Below are positions 50,364 to 60,698 of a stretch of DNA of 64,000 nt, piece by piece. The stretch's first letter is position 1, and the number at the start of each line of letters is the position of its first letter. The position numbers and the translations under genes are program-made. Under the pieces are notes generated by a model. It was not told the DNA's origin and did not search any database. It saw only the letters and a program-made list of their open reading frames with translations. Source of the DNA: an uncultured Pseudomonadales bacterium (GTDB lineage: Bacteria > Patescibacteriota > Microgenomatia > UBA1400 > PJMF01). Location of the stretch: positions 3,136-67,135 of the forward strand of contig CAYVXV010000002.1 of assembly GCA_964455555.1 (NCBI GenBank), written 5' to 3'.

Positions 50364-51383
50364 TTATTGTAGTGATTTATAATTTTTCTTAAAAAATTCT
50401 TGGGATGATATTTTAAGCGGTTTCCACCAGGCCTCGTTTTGACGATACCAAGCGATAGTCCTTTCGAGGCCTTCTTCAAAGGTAACAGTTGGCTCCCAGC
50501 CAAGATCCTCTTTAATTTGTGACCAATCCACACTGTAGCGTTTGTCATGGCCGGCTCTGTCCTTAACATACTCAATCATTTGTTCGGACTCATCCATCTG
50601 TGAAATAATTGATTTCACAATATCAATGTTTGCGATGTCCTCAGTTAAGCCACCGACAAGATAGGTTTTTCCTGCCGAACCTTCGTTAATTGCCAATTCT
50701 ATTGCTCTGCAGTGATCTTGGACATAAAGCCAGTCTCTTACTTGAAGGCCATCACCGTAGATGGGTATTTTTTGATTTTCAATTAGGTTGGTAATCGCCA
50801 AGGGTACTAATTTTTCAGGGTACTGGTATTCACCGTAATTGTTGGAGCAATTTGTAATACTATACGACAAGCCGTATGTTTCTCCATATGCCCGCACCAA
50901 ATGATCAGAGGCGGCCTTGCTGGCCGAGTACGGACTGCGGGGGTCATAGGCAGTGTCTAGAGTAAACTTCTCTGCTGATCCAAGCTCAAGGCTGCCGAAG
51001 ACCTCATCGGTAGAAATATGATGAAATCTCTTAACTTTATGTTTTAAAGCAGCATCTAGAAGAATTTGAGTGCCGACTACATTGGTTTTTATAAACGAAG
51101 TTGGTTCGAGAATAGAGCGGTCAACGTGAGTCTCAGCCGCAAAATGAACTACTATGTTGATGCCGGGCATGATTTGATCAACCAGCTGGGAATCCGCTAT
51201 CGATCCTTCGATGAAGGTGTAATTAGGCAGGTTATCTACACTGCGGAGGTTCTCGAGATTGCCGGCATATGTCAGAGCATCAAGGTTGATAATTTTGTCT
51301 TGAGGGTAATTGTTCATCCAGTGGATGATAAAGTTGGAACCGATAAAACCGGCGCCACCGGTTACGAGTAGTGTCTGAGGCAT
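50364..51383 (-). CDS. rmlB: dTDP-glucose 4,6-dehydratase
   Basis: LLVTGGAGFIGSNF, YSASKAASDHL catalytic YxxxK, full-length match. Confidence 0.85.
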   Translation of the reverse strand: MPQTLLVTGGAGFIGSNFIIHWMNNYPQDKIINLDALTYAGNLENLRSVDNLPNYTFIEGSIADSQLVDQIMPGINIVVHFAAETHVDRSILEPTSFIKTNVVGTQILLDAALKHKVKRFHHISTDEVFGSLELGSAEKFTLDTAYDPRSPYSASKAASDHLVRAYGETYGLSYSITNCSNNYGEYQYPEKLVPLAITNLIENQKIPIYGDGLQVRDWLYVQDHCRAIELAINEGSAGKTYLVGGLTEDIANIDIVKSIISQMDESEQMIEYVKDRAGHDKRYSVDWSQIKEDLGWEPTVTFEEGLERTIAWYRQNEAWWKPLKISSQEFFKKNYKSLQ

Positions 51384-51402
51384 AATAATTTTCCTTGTCT
51401 TG

Positions 51403-51642
51403 CTACCAGTTTGAACGCTGACCTTGTTCCTCCTGATAAACCTGTTTCATAATTATATCAAGTTCATCATCACCAATTTCAGCAGCAATTTCTTCCAGTA
51501 CGTTGTCATAATAATTGAGTTTTTTTTGGGTGGTTTGGTTGTCAGTAAGGAAATATCCAGCGGCCAAGGCTAGAAGCACAATTAAAATTGTTTGCAGCCT
51601 AAGCAGCTGTTTAATGGTAAAGGGAGGGTTATTCTGTTCCAT
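51403..51642 (-). CDS. Small single-pass membrane protein
   Basis: ORF overlapping LCP stop by 14 nt; one TM helix. Confidence 0.35.
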   Translation of the reverse strand: MEQNNPPFTIKQLLRLQTILIVLLALAAGYFLTDNQTTQKKLNYYDNVLEEIAAEIGDDELDIIMKQVYQEEQGQRSNW

Positions 51643-52735
51643 ATGCTGGTTGGTTGGTTAATTCCTCGATTAGTTGAAGTTTGTCTGCAATCTCTTTTTT
51701 AAAGGCTTGATCATCGCGGATTGCATAAACCCACTGCCTATTATAGCTGGAAACAGGAGGATGCCAAATTACCCCACCAGGATTATCTGGAAAAAGCGAG
51801 AGGTTTTGCGGAGAAACAGCAATTTCTTTTAAGTGCGGGTGGAGCGTCTTACCTGTTGCTAACAGTTCCTGCATTGGCAGGTAGTTTGAGAATGATTGGT
51901 TGTAAAATTTAAAGAGTGTGCCTAAGCGCGCAGGATTGGTATAGAGGGACCGCTGCCTTAAGGAGTTTAATAAGGACTCAATTACTAATAACTGGCGCTG
52001 TGAGCGGGCCAGGTCATCTCCTTCGTCTCCTTCACTATGCCGGCTGCGGATAAACTCTAGAGCGCGTTCTCCGGACATTATTTGTTTACCAGGTTCAAAA
52101 GTAATGCTTTTATAAAGTAATTCGGGATCAGAGACCGAAGTCACGTCCACATCAGGCCTTGGGAACATGTCATCGGTAAAACCGGTCTTTACATCTACCT
52201 CAACCCCGCCAAGCAAATCAACCATTTTAGACACTTCGTTCATGGAAAGGACGATGGTGTGATGAATAGGCACTTCCAATAAGTCCGAAAATACCTCTTC
52301 CGGGAACTGCTCAGGCCTCTTCGGATAGCGTTCTAATCCATAGTAATAGAGGGCGTTAATTTTGGTTTGGTACTCAGTGCTCCAGAGGTCTCGTGGCAAA
52401 GAGATCATATTTAAGCCACCATTCGATAAATTAAGGGATATCAAGAGTATGGTGTCTGTGAGCGGCGGGCTGCCAGATCTTGTTTCTAGTGAGTCAACAC
52501 CAAGTAGGAGAATGTTCTTTTTATTGTTGGTGGCTTTGGGTTTAATAACCCAACTTTCTTGAATCAAAGCCTGAAATTCTGTGGCACTGATCTCGGCCGC
52601 ATGAGAGAATACCTGCCATTGCTTATAGGCATACACCGCTAAGGCAGCGCTGCTTATAGAGAGCAGGCCCACCACAAATAGAAAGGTTAGCAGGCCGGTT
52701 AACAATAATTTCTTAATGAGATCTCTTTTTAACAT
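51629..52735 (-). CDS. LytR-CpsA-Psr (LCP) family phosphotransferase
   Basis: N-terminal TM anchor; LCP core ILLLGVDS...DTILLISLN...ISLPRDLW. Confidence 0.7.
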   Translation of the reverse strand: MLKRDLIKKLLLTGLLTFLFVVGLLSISSAALAVYAYKQWQVFSHAAEISATEFQALIQESWVIKPKATNNKKNILLLGVDSLETRSGSPPLTDTILLISLNLSNGGLNMISLPRDLWSTEYQTKINALYYYGLERYPKRPEQFPEEVFSDLLEVPIHHTIVLSMNEVSKMVDLLGGVEVDVKTGFTDDMFPRPDVDVTSVSDPELLYKSITFEPGKQIMSGERALEFIRSRHSEGDEGDDLARSQRQLLVIESLLNSLRQRSLYTNPARLGTLFKFYNQSFSNYLPMQELLATGKTLHPHLKEIAVSPQNLSLFPDNPGGVIWHPPVSSYNRQWVYAIRDDQAFKKEIADKLQLIEELTNQPAYGTE

Positions 52736-52794
52736 TGAGTACTAACCATCTTACCACTGAAAGCAACTTTTAAGATACAATATTTTCTAGAACT

Positions 52795-54480
52795 ATGAAA
52801 AAGCGCTTAGCCATATACTTGGTGTTATTAGTGATTTTACTGGCTTCTAGCTGGTCACTGCTTAGGCCGGGTATATTTTACACTCACGACTACATTCATG
52901 GTACTAGAATTACTGAGATGGCTCGCATGCTAGGCGATGGTCAATTTCCTCCCAGATGGAGCGAAAATTTTGGCTATGGCTATGGCATGCCGCTATTTCA
53001 ATTCTATGGGCCTTTTCCTTACATTGTTGGTGCAGCACTTAGCTCTTATATTTCTCTTGAAGCTTCTGTAAAGGTGCTGTTTGCCATAACATCACTCGCT
53101 ACTTTGATGGGCTCATACTTCCTAGGAAGAGACATGTTTGGAAAATCCGGCGGCTTGGTGACTGCAGCCTTAATCACCCTAGCTCCCTACCGGGCTGTAA
53201 ACCTTTACGTCAGAGGAGCGGTCAGCGAAGCTTTTGGAATGATGGTGTTTCCTTGGATAATTTACTTTGGCCTGAGAAGCCTAGAAAAAAAGAGATTTGC
53301 TGATGTATACCTGGTTATATCGCTTTTAATCTTGCTGTTAAGTCACAATTTAAGTGCCATGATGTTTATTCCCCTAAGTTTTGTTTTCTTGATAACTATA
53401 GATTTGTTGAAACAACAACAGCTCAATGTTTCAATAAATCAGGCAAAAAAATATCTGCAGTTGTCGGGTTTTTACTTCTTGGCCTTTACAATATCTGCTT
53501 TTTATACCCTTCCTGCGTTTATTGAAAAAAACTTGACGAAAGTAGAACAATACATTGTTGGCGGCTATTTTGATTTCAGGCTACATTTTGTTGGGTTTAA
53601 ACAATATTTTCTGGACAATTGGGGTTATGGGGGTTCAACCTATGGCCCTCAGGATAGCATCTCTTTTTTCCTTGGCTATTGGCAGTTGTTTTTGTTGGCA
53701 GTAGGTGTGGGCTTGATCACTGCAAAAATATTAAAGAAAAAAATCAATATGCAATTGAGGATATTATTGTTAATATTAGCATCATTTTTGCTGAGTCTTT
53801 TCATGAGCCACTATAAGTCAGAAAGCATTTGGACATTAATCGAGCCGCTCAGATACATTCAGTTTCCCTGGAGATGGTTGGGTATCAGCACCTTCTTTTT
53901 AGGGCTGTTTGGTGCAGGGACGTTAACGTTGGTTAAAAAACGCTCGCTTCGAACTTTGGTGGCTGTATTGGCAGTTTTGGGCTCAATAGCTGTTAATTAT
54001 AAGTATTTTCAACCGGAAAGGTATTTAGACAACTCTGAAGAATACTATTATGAAGATGCTGTTACAATCCGGCGCGAAATGAGCAGCGTGCTGCCTGATT
54101 ACATTCCGTCTGCTGCTTCCGATCAATTAGAGCCCACCGCAGAGGCCTTTTATTTTATTGAGGAAGGGATAAGCGTTTCAGGCTTTGACAAAAACAGCCA
54201 TGAAACGAAATTCACTGCGGACTCAAAGGAGGGTGGAGAAATTGTCTTGTCCAGGTTTATTTTTCCAGGCTGGCAGGCAGAGAGTAATAATAACCCGTTG
54301 GAAATAAAATCATCTGACGAGGGTTTAATACTCTTAAATTTATCACCTGGTAGGCAAGATATCCGAGTTTGGTATGGCCATACGCAAGTGCGGTTTATTA
54401 GTGATTTGATTTCAGTCGTCGGAGTTGGTTTACTAGTGTTTCTCATATATGCTGGATTAAGGGAGAAACAACATGAGTAA
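52795..54480 (+). CDS. Large polytopic membrane protein, possible GT-C glycosyltransferase/glycan polymerase
   Basis: ~13 TM helices, conserved-looking first loop FYTHDYIHGTRITEMARM; glycan locus context. Confidence 0.45.
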   Translation: MKKRLAIYLVLLVILLASSWSLLRPGIFYTHDYIHGTRITEMARMLGDGQFPPRWSENFGYGYGMPLFQFYGPFPYIVGAALSSYISLEASVKVLFAITSLATLMGSYFLGRDMFGKSGGLVTAALITLAPYRAVNLYVRGAVSEAFGMMVFPWIIYFGLRSLEKKRFADVYLVISLLILLLSHNLSAMMFIPLSFVFLITIDLLKQQQLNVSINQAKKYLQLSGFYFLAFTISAFYTLPAFIEKNLTKVEQYIVGGYFDFRLHFVGFKQYFLDNWGYGGSTYGPQDSISFFLGYWQLFLLAVGVGLITAKILKKKINMQLRILLLILASFLLSLFMSHYKSESIWTLIEPLRYIQFPWRWLGISTFFLGLFGAGTLTLVKKRSLRTLVAVLAVLGSIAVNYKYFQPERYLDNSEEYYYEDAVTIRREMSSVLPDYIPSAASDQLEPTAEAFYFIEEGISVSGFDKNSHETKFTADSKEGGEIVLSRFIFPGWQAESNNNPLEIKSSDEGLILLNLSPGRQDIRVWYGHTQVRFISDLISVVGVGLLVFLIYAGLREKQHE

Positions 54481-55954
54481 TGAGCCGGGCGAAATAGCAA
54501 CTGAGCAGGAACTTCAAGATATCAAGCGTAAATCGGTTATGGGCGCTATGTCTTACTTTGCCAGAACCTTGGTATTACAGGGCATTGGCTTTCTTTCAAT
54601 CCTCATTTTAAGCAAATATTTTGCACCAGAGGATTTTGGTATTTATGGAATAGTTGTTCAAATAGTCGGTTTGCTGGTTTTCTTTTCTGACATTGGCTTG
54701 GCGGCATCATTAATTCAGCGAAAGGATGAGCCAACCAGAAAGGACTTGAGCACGGCTTTCACTGTGCAGCAGTTATTGTCTTGGATAATCGTCGGAGTAG
54801 CGGTATCTATTAGTTTTCTGCCGGCCATCTCAGCTAAATTGGGTTCTGATGGTACCTGGTTATTGTATGCACTGGCGATATCCTTCCCGCTGGCAACACT
54901 TAAAACAGTCCCCTCCATCTTGCTGGAGCGGAAACTTGAATTTTCCAAACTGATCATCCCGCAGATTTTTGAACAACTGGTGTTCCACTCAGTGCTAATA
55001 GTGCTAGCCTGGAGCGGTATGGGTGTGCTGGCATATGCATACGCGATTATCGGGCGCTCTATAGTAGGTGTTGTAGTGATTCAATTCATTCAATTCTGGA
55101 GACCCAGTCTACGGGTCAGCATGGATTCACTAAAGGGCATGATTAACTTTGGTGCTAAATTCCAGCTCAATGATTTTTTGGCCCGGATAAAAGATCAGCT
55201 GTTTTATTTAGCACTTGGCTTGTTTTTGCCGACTCGGGACTTTGGCTACATTCAGTGGGCAAAAAACTGGTCGCTTTACCCATACAACTTAACTGTTATG
55301 AATGTGATGGCAATTACCTTTCCCAGTTTTTCAAGGCTTCAGGCACACAGGGATGCTCTTGGGAGGGCTATTGAGAAATCAATATTTTTCATTACCTTGG
55401 TCATTTTCCCAATATTAGTAGGCATGAGTGTCTTTATTACGCCGCTTATAATAGTAATACCTGACTACCATAAGTGGCTTCCGGCTGTTCCAAGTTTAAT
55501 ATTCTTTAGTTTGAGTATTGCCTGGAGTGCCATTTCTACTCCTTTGACGAACACGCTAAATGCTATTGGTGAAATTAACAAGACCCTAAAGCTTATGATT
55601 TTGTGGACAACCTTAACTTGGGCACTGACGCCGGTTTTAATTTTTATCTATGGGTTTGATGGTGTGGCAATTGCCGCCTTTGTAATAAGCTTCAGCTCTT
55701 TTCTCTCGGTTTACTATGTTAAAAAAGAAGTATCTTTCAGATTTGTTGATCAGGTTTGGCGGCAGTCGTTGGCCGCGGTCGCTATGGCAGCGGTTGGAGT
55801 CATGGGCATGGATCTCTGGGTGCAATCTAGGCCGCTTTTAATAGCAGGTATGTTTGCTTCAGCTGCAACCTATGCCACAGTAATGTTGGTATTCGGCAGG
55901 AACAAGCTGTTTTTAGAGATAAGTAAGGTCAGAAAAGTGATTAAAAAAGCCTAA
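54473..55954 (+). CDS. MOP-superfamily polysaccharide flippase (Wzx-like)
   Basis: 12-14 TM helices, polysaccharide biosynthesis protein family pattern. Confidence 0.65.
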   Translation: MSNEPGEIATEQELQDIKRKSVMGAMSYFARTLVLQGIGFLSILILSKYFAPEDFGIYGIVVQIVGLLVFFSDIGLAASLIQRKDEPTRKDLSTAFTVQQLLSWIIVGVAVSISFLPAISAKLGSDGTWLLYALAISFPLATLKTVPSILLERKLEFSKLIIPQIFEQLVFHSVLIVLAWSGMGVLAYAYAIIGRSIVGVVVIQFIQFWRPSLRVSMDSLKGMINFGAKFQLNDFLARIKDQLFYLALGLFLPTRDFGYIQWAKNWSLYPYNLTVMNVMAITFPSFSRLQAHRDALGRAIEKSIFFITLVIFPILVGMSVFITPLIIVIPDYHKWLPAVPSLIFFSLSIAWSAISTPLTNTLNAIGEINKTLKLMILWTTLTWALTPVLIFIYGFDGVAIAAFVISFSSFLSVYYVKKEVSFRFVDQVWRQSLAAVAMAAVGVMGMDLWVQSRPLLIAGMFASAATYATVMLVFGRNKLFLEISKVRKVIKKA

Positions 55955-55966
55955 AGGAGAAAAAGC

Positions 55967-56875
55967 ATGTCAATATCTGTAGTAATAAATACAAAAAACG
56001 CAGCAAGCGGCAACTCCGAGCACAATTTTTCCGATACTCTAAAATCTGTGGCATTTGCGGATGAAATAATAATTGTGGATATGGCAAGCACTGACGACAC
56101 TGTCGCAATTGCTGAAAAGTTTACTAAAGAAATATTTTTCTTTGATGATGTGGGTTTTGTTGAGCCAGCCAGAAACTTTGCCATTAAAAAAGCAACTAAG
56201 GATTGGATTCTGGTGTTGGATGCGGATGAGGTTATTCCGGAAACATTGAGCAAAAAAATCACAGCTCTAGCTAATGGTGATGCAACAGCAGATGCCTACT
56301 TATTGCCCAGAAAGAATATGGTATTTGGCACTTGGTTTCATTCAGCAGGTTGGTGGCCGGACTATCAGTTGAGGCTTTTCAAAAGAGGAGTAGTGATTTG
56401 GGATGAAAAAATCCATTCTGTGCCCGAAGTAAATGGAAAAACTGACAAATTGGCACCAAGAGAGGATTTTGCTATTGAGCATTACAATTATCAATCTGTT
56501 GAACAGTATTTGGAGCGGTTAAACCGCTACACCACCCATGAGGCCAAGCAGAGGGATAAAGTTCAACTGACTCCTGCCGGCGTAATCGGAGCTTTTGAGG
56601 CTGAGTTAATGAGCCGCTTATTCAAACATGACGGCATAGAAGGAGGCATGCATGGAGTCAGTCTTTCATTTCTCCAATCTTTTTATGAAGTTGCCGTCAT
56701 TCTAAAACAATGGGAACTCAATAAATTTCCAAAATCGAAAACAGATAAAAAAACCATCGAAGCTTTGGAGAGACTTACAGCGTCTCTTGACTATTGGCTG
56801 GCGGATCTTAGAATGAAAAATTCATCGGGACTTACAAAGTTAGTCTGGAAGTTAAGAAGAAAGATTGGGGTATAA
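55967..56875 (+). CDS. Glycosyltransferase family 2
   Basis: ISVVINTKNAA..., IIIVDMASTDDT, LDADE (DxD). Confidence 0.75.
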   Translation: MSISVVINTKNAASGNSEHNFSDTLKSVAFADEIIIVDMASTDDTVAIAEKFTKEIFFFDDVGFVEPARNFAIKKATKDWILVLDADEVIPETLSKKITALANGDATADAYLLPRKNMVFGTWFHSAGWWPDYQLRLFKRGVVIWDEKIHSVPEVNGKTDKLAPREDFAIEHYNYQSVEQYLERLNRYTTHEAKQRDKVQLTPAGVIGAFEAELMSRLFKHDGIEGGMHGVSLSFLQSFYEVAVILKQWELNKFPKSKTDKKTIEALERLTASLDYWLADLRMKNSSGLTKLVWKLRRKIGV

Positions 56876-57797
56876 TTTAACTGTGACGCACATATCAATA
56901 ATCATTGTTGATTACAACAGCCACGATCATACCTTAGAATGCTTGGATTCTCTTCAAGAGCTAAGGACAACAAACTTTTCACACTCGATTGTGGTGGTTG
57001 ATAATGGCTCAAAAGAGCCTATGAGATTACCAAAACGGCTGCAGAACCGCAAGACCGAGATAGTCAGAAGCGCACCCAATCTCGGTTTTACCGGAGGGAA
57101 CAATCTTGGCATTTATTATGCCATTGAGAAATATAACTCAGAGTATATTCTGCTGCTAAACAATGACACCACAGTTGATCCGCATTTTCTGCAGAACCTA
57201 GTCAACTGTTCAATTGACCAACCCAGGTCTGGTATTATTTGCCCGAAAATTTATTTCTCACCCAAAAAAGAACACCATTATGATAGTTATCAAAGCAAAG
57301 ACAGGGGCAATGTTCTTTGGTATGCAGGCGGCTCTATTGATTGGAAGCATCTGGCCGCTTTTCACCGCGGTGTTGATGAAGTAGATAGAGGCCAGTTTGA
57401 CAATCAGACATACTCAGATTTTGCCACCGGTTGCGCAATGCTGATAAGCAGGGAGGTTTTGGAGAAAGTAGGCCCTTTTGATAAAAGGTATTTTCTTTAT
57501 CTTGAGGACGTAGATTTAAGCATGAAGGTAGCTGCAGCTGGTTATGACATCGGATTTTGCCCTAAGTCCGTAGTTTGGCATAAAAACGCCGGATCAAGCG
57601 GAGGGGCCGGTTCTAGGGTCCATGATTACTACCAAACAAGAAACAGGCTTTTGTTTGCTTTCAAACACGCTGAGTGGCCGGTTTGGATAACGGCTCTAAG
57701 GCTTGCTGCTAAAGACTTGTTGTCCGGTAACGAAAAAAAACGGCTGGGAGTCATTCATGCACTGACCAACCAATACGGCAAGCAGGCAATTATTTAA
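56865..57797 (+). CDS. Glycosyltransferase family 2 (rhamnosyltransferase-like)
   Basis: ISIIIVDYNS, VVVDNGS, LNNDTT, YLEDVDLS. Confidence 0.75.
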   Translation: MGYNLTVTHISIIIVDYNSHDHTLECLDSLQELRTTNFSHSIVVVDNGSKEPMRLPKRLQNRKTEIVRSAPNLGFTGGNNLGIYYAIEKYNSEYILLLNNDTTVDPHFLQNLVNCSIDQPRSGIICPKIYFSPKKEHHYDSYQSKDRGNVLWYAGGSIDWKHLAAFHRGVDEVDRGQFDNQTYSDFATGCAMLISREVLEKVGPFDKRYFLYLEDVDLSMKVAAAGYDIGFCPKSVVWHKNAGSSGGAGSRVHDYYQTRNRLLFAFKHAEWPVWITALRLAAKDLLSGNEKKRLGVIHALTNQYGKQAII

Positions 57798-57809
57798 GGA
57801 AAAATCACT

Positions 57810-58628
57810 ATGAAGAGGCCTACTTTTACAGCATTGATCATAGCCAAAAATGAAGAAAAGATGATTGGCAATTGTATGTCGACCTTAAGATGGTGCAATG
57901 AGATTTTGGTTTTGGATGATGGGTCTATTGATGACACTGCAAAGATAGCGGAACAAGCAGGTGCAAAGGTGATTGCTTTTAAACATGAATCATTTGCTCG
58001 CAAGCGCGAGGAACTGTTAAAAAGGGCCAAAACGGATTGGGTAATCTATATAGATGCCGATGAGCGTGTCATTCCCACTTTAGCAAAAGAAATTATGGTT
58101 CTGGCAGAAACTGGAGCGGCCTCAGCATTGAAGTTAAGAAGGAACAACATGTATTACGGCAGAGTGCTCAGGTACGGTGGTTGGGGGCATGACTATGTAA
58201 CACGCGCTTTCAAGCGGGAAGCGTTAAGCGGCTGGTACGGTGATATTCATGAGAGCCCGGAGTTTCAGGGAGATGAGGCAGAAGCAAAAACACCCTTAAT
58301 TCACCTAACGCATCGTGACACAGCCAGTGGCCTATTAAAAACTGCCTCATGGACTGCCATGGAAGCAGAAGCCTTGTTTGAATCAGGGGTTAATAAAGTT
58401 ACATTTTTTACGCTGATGCGAAAGGGTTTTATGGAGTTCTTTAGGCGTGCCATTCTTAAAAGAGGGTACAGGGAAGGCATGGTTGGCCTAATAGAATCAA
58501 CAATTCAAGCAATAAATAGAATATTAGTCTACATTCAAGTTTGGGAAAGGCAGCAGAAGCCCCCAATAGAAGAGAAATATCAAAAAATGGAACAGGAAAT
58601 TCATAACCTTTGGAAGGAAAAAGCTTAA
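57810..58628 (+). CDS. Glycosyltransferase family 2
   Basis: FTALIIAKNEEKMI, LVLDDGSIDDT, IDADE. Confidence 0.7.
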   Translation: MKRPTFTALIIAKNEEKMIGNCMSTLRWCNEILVLDDGSIDDTAKIAEQAGAKVIAFKHESFARKREELLKRAKTDWVIYIDADERVIPTLAKEIMVLAETGAASALKLRRNNMYYGRVLRYGGWGHDYVTRAFKREALSGWYGDIHESPEFQGDEAEAKTPLIHLTHRDTASGLLKTASWTAMEAEALFESGVNKVTFFTLMRKGFMEFFRRAILKRGYREGMVGLIESTIQAINRILVYIQVWERQQKPPIEEKYQKMEQEIHNLWKEKA

Positions 58629-58629
58629 C

Positions 58630-59715
58630 ATGAGAGTTTGTTTTTACTCTCCATACCTGCCGGACAGCTCTATTGGCGGTGGAGAGAAACATCTCTTTGA
58701 TATGGTTGAGGTTATTGCCCAAAAGCATGATGTTTCAATTTCCATACCCTCCCACAAGCTGGGCAAGCTCGAGAATCAAGTAGAGTCTTATAAAAAATTC
58801 TTGGGTACCGATGATCTTCATGCCACTTTTGTAATGTCTCCGCTAGGAACTAATGCCCCGTTTCTCAAGAAGCTGCTTTGGACGCGCCAGTTTGATTATT
58901 TCTTTTATTGGACTGATGGCTCGTTGTTTTTGAGCTTGGCAAAGCGCAACAATCTGCATTTGCAAATTCCTTTTTCAGACAAAAAAACAGGTTTCTTGAA
59001 CAGATTAAAATTATTGAATTGGAATATAAAAAATGCCAACTCAGAATTTACCAAAAATGTTATTGAAAAAAGCTGGCATACAAGAGTTCAGCACGTAGTT
59101 TATCCAATGGTGGATTTAGATGAGCTTAAAACTGATCAAAAAAAGGAGAAGGTAATTCTAAGCGTCGGCAGATTTTTTAGGCAATTGCATTCTAAGCGTC
59201 AGGATATCTTAGTTGAAAATTTTAAAACTTTAATTGATGCCAATCCAAAACTAAGCAAGGGCTGGAAACTAGTCCTAATAGGTGCCCCGGAGGACCAAGA
59301 GTACTTCAATGCAGTAAGGGAATCTGCAGATGGTTATCCCATTGAGGTATATGGAAGCCTTTCCAGAAACGAAATAATAAATTGGTTTAAGCGGGCCGCA
59401 ATTTATTGGCATGCTACCGGTTTTGAGATTGATGAAAAGCTGGAACCTGAGAAAGTTGAGCATTTTGGCATAACAACGATAGAAGCAATGGCCGCAGGAG
59501 CTGTGCCGGTTGTCCTGGGAAAAGGCGGACAAGTTGAAATTCTTGGCACAAGACTTAAAAAACTGATGTGGCAGGAGGGTGAGGAGTGCAACAGAATTAC
59601 AATGGGCTTAATGGATAACCTAGACGAACTAGAGAGATATCGTGGTCTTGTTGAAGAGCGGTCAAAAATATTCGGTCAGGATGCTTTTGAAAAAGCTGTC
59701 TGGAGGATGTTTTAA
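58630..59715 (+). CDS. Glycosyltransferase family 4 (GT-B, retaining)
   Basis: E-x7-E region FGITTIEAMAAGAVPVV. Confidence 0.7.
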   Translation: MRVCFYSPYLPDSSIGGGEKHLFDMVEVIAQKHDVSISIPSHKLGKLENQVESYKKFLGTDDLHATFVMSPLGTNAPFLKKLLWTRQFDYFFYWTDGSLFLSLAKRNNLHLQIPFSDKKTGFLNRLKLLNWNIKNANSEFTKNVIEKSWHTRVQHVVYPMVDLDELKTDQKKEKVILSVGRFFRQLHSKRQDILVENFKTLIDANPKLSKGWKLVLIGAPEDQEYFNAVRESADGYPIEVYGSLSRNEIINWFKRAAIYWHATGFEIDEKLEPEKVEHFGITTIEAMAAGAVPVVLGKGGQVEILGTRLKKLMWQEGEECNRITMGLMDNLDELERYRGLVEERSKIFGQDAFEKAVWRMF

Positions 59716-59768
59716 TTGCTGCAACCTGTAGCAGAATGATACGGATAATAGTATAGTAATAAGCCAGT

Positions 59769-60686
59769 ATGACGAACGAAATTAATATCTCCGCACCGAT
59801 TTCTGTTTTAATCCCAAACTTCAATGGGAAAGAGCTGTTGTCAAAACACTTGCCGCGGGTTCTTGCTGCCATGCGGAGCAACGATGAACTCATTATAGTA
59901 GATGATGCAAGCACTGATGATTCTGTTGAGTGGCTTAAAAACGCCTTTTCTCTGACAAAAGCAGAAGTGGAGCCGGACATTCACGATCTGCCGGAAAAAT
60001 ACCACCCGGATGTAAATGAGATGAAGTTTGAGGTTCTTTTCGGTAAATTCCAAGAAAAAGCCAAGAGGATTCGTGTGATGGTGATCTCAAACCCGGAAAA
60101 TCTGCGTTTTGCTGCCAGTGTGAATCTGGGTTTTGCCTTAGCCTCCAACAGGCTAGTATTTCTTTTGAATAATGATGTTAGTCCGAATCAGGATGTAATA
60201 GAAAAACTTCTGTCTTTCTTTGAAGACGAGGAGGTTTTCGGTGTTGGCTGTATGGAGTATGAACAGAGCATAGATGGAGAAAAATCCGGCAAGAACAAAC
60301 TTTGGTTTGAAAAGGGTGTGTTTCGGCACAGCAAGTCTGAGGAATTTTCTACTGGAGAGACCGCCTGGGTAAGCGGCGGTAGCGGCCTCTTTGACCGGGA
60401 AAAATGGCTTGACTTAGGCGGCTATGATAAAAGTTTCTATCCGGCATATTGGGAAGACGTTGATATCTCATTCAGAGCAAAAAAATGGGGGTGGAAATGC
60501 CTATTCTCTGAGGAGGCCGTTGTCTTTCACCAGCATGAATCAACAAATACTGAGGTATTCGGTCAGGAAACTATTGATAAAATCAGTTGGAAACATGCTG
60601 ACACTTTTTCTTGGAAAAACGGAAATCCTGTGCAAAAACTGCTTCATTTACTTTGGAAACCTTATTGGATGTGGAAGCGATACTAA
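59769..60686 (+). CDS. Glycosyltransferase family 2
   Basis: ISVLIPNFNGKELL, IIVDDASTDDS, LNNDV. Confidence 0.75.
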   Translation: MTNEINISAPISVLIPNFNGKELLSKHLPRVLAAMRSNDELIIVDDASTDDSVEWLKNAFSLTKAEVEPDIHDLPEKYHPDVNEMKFEVLFGKFQEKAKRIRVMVISNPENLRFAASVNLGFALASNRLVFLLNNDVSPNQDVIEKLLSFFEDEEVFGVGCMEYEQSIDGEKSGKNKLWFEKGVFRHSKSEEFSTGETAWVSGGSGLFDREKWLDLGGYDKSFYPAYWEDVDISFRAKKWGWKCLFSEEAVVFHQHESTNTEVFGQETIDKISWKHADTFSWKNGNPVQKLLHLLWKPYWMWKRY

Positions 60687-60698
60687 GGTTTTAGAACC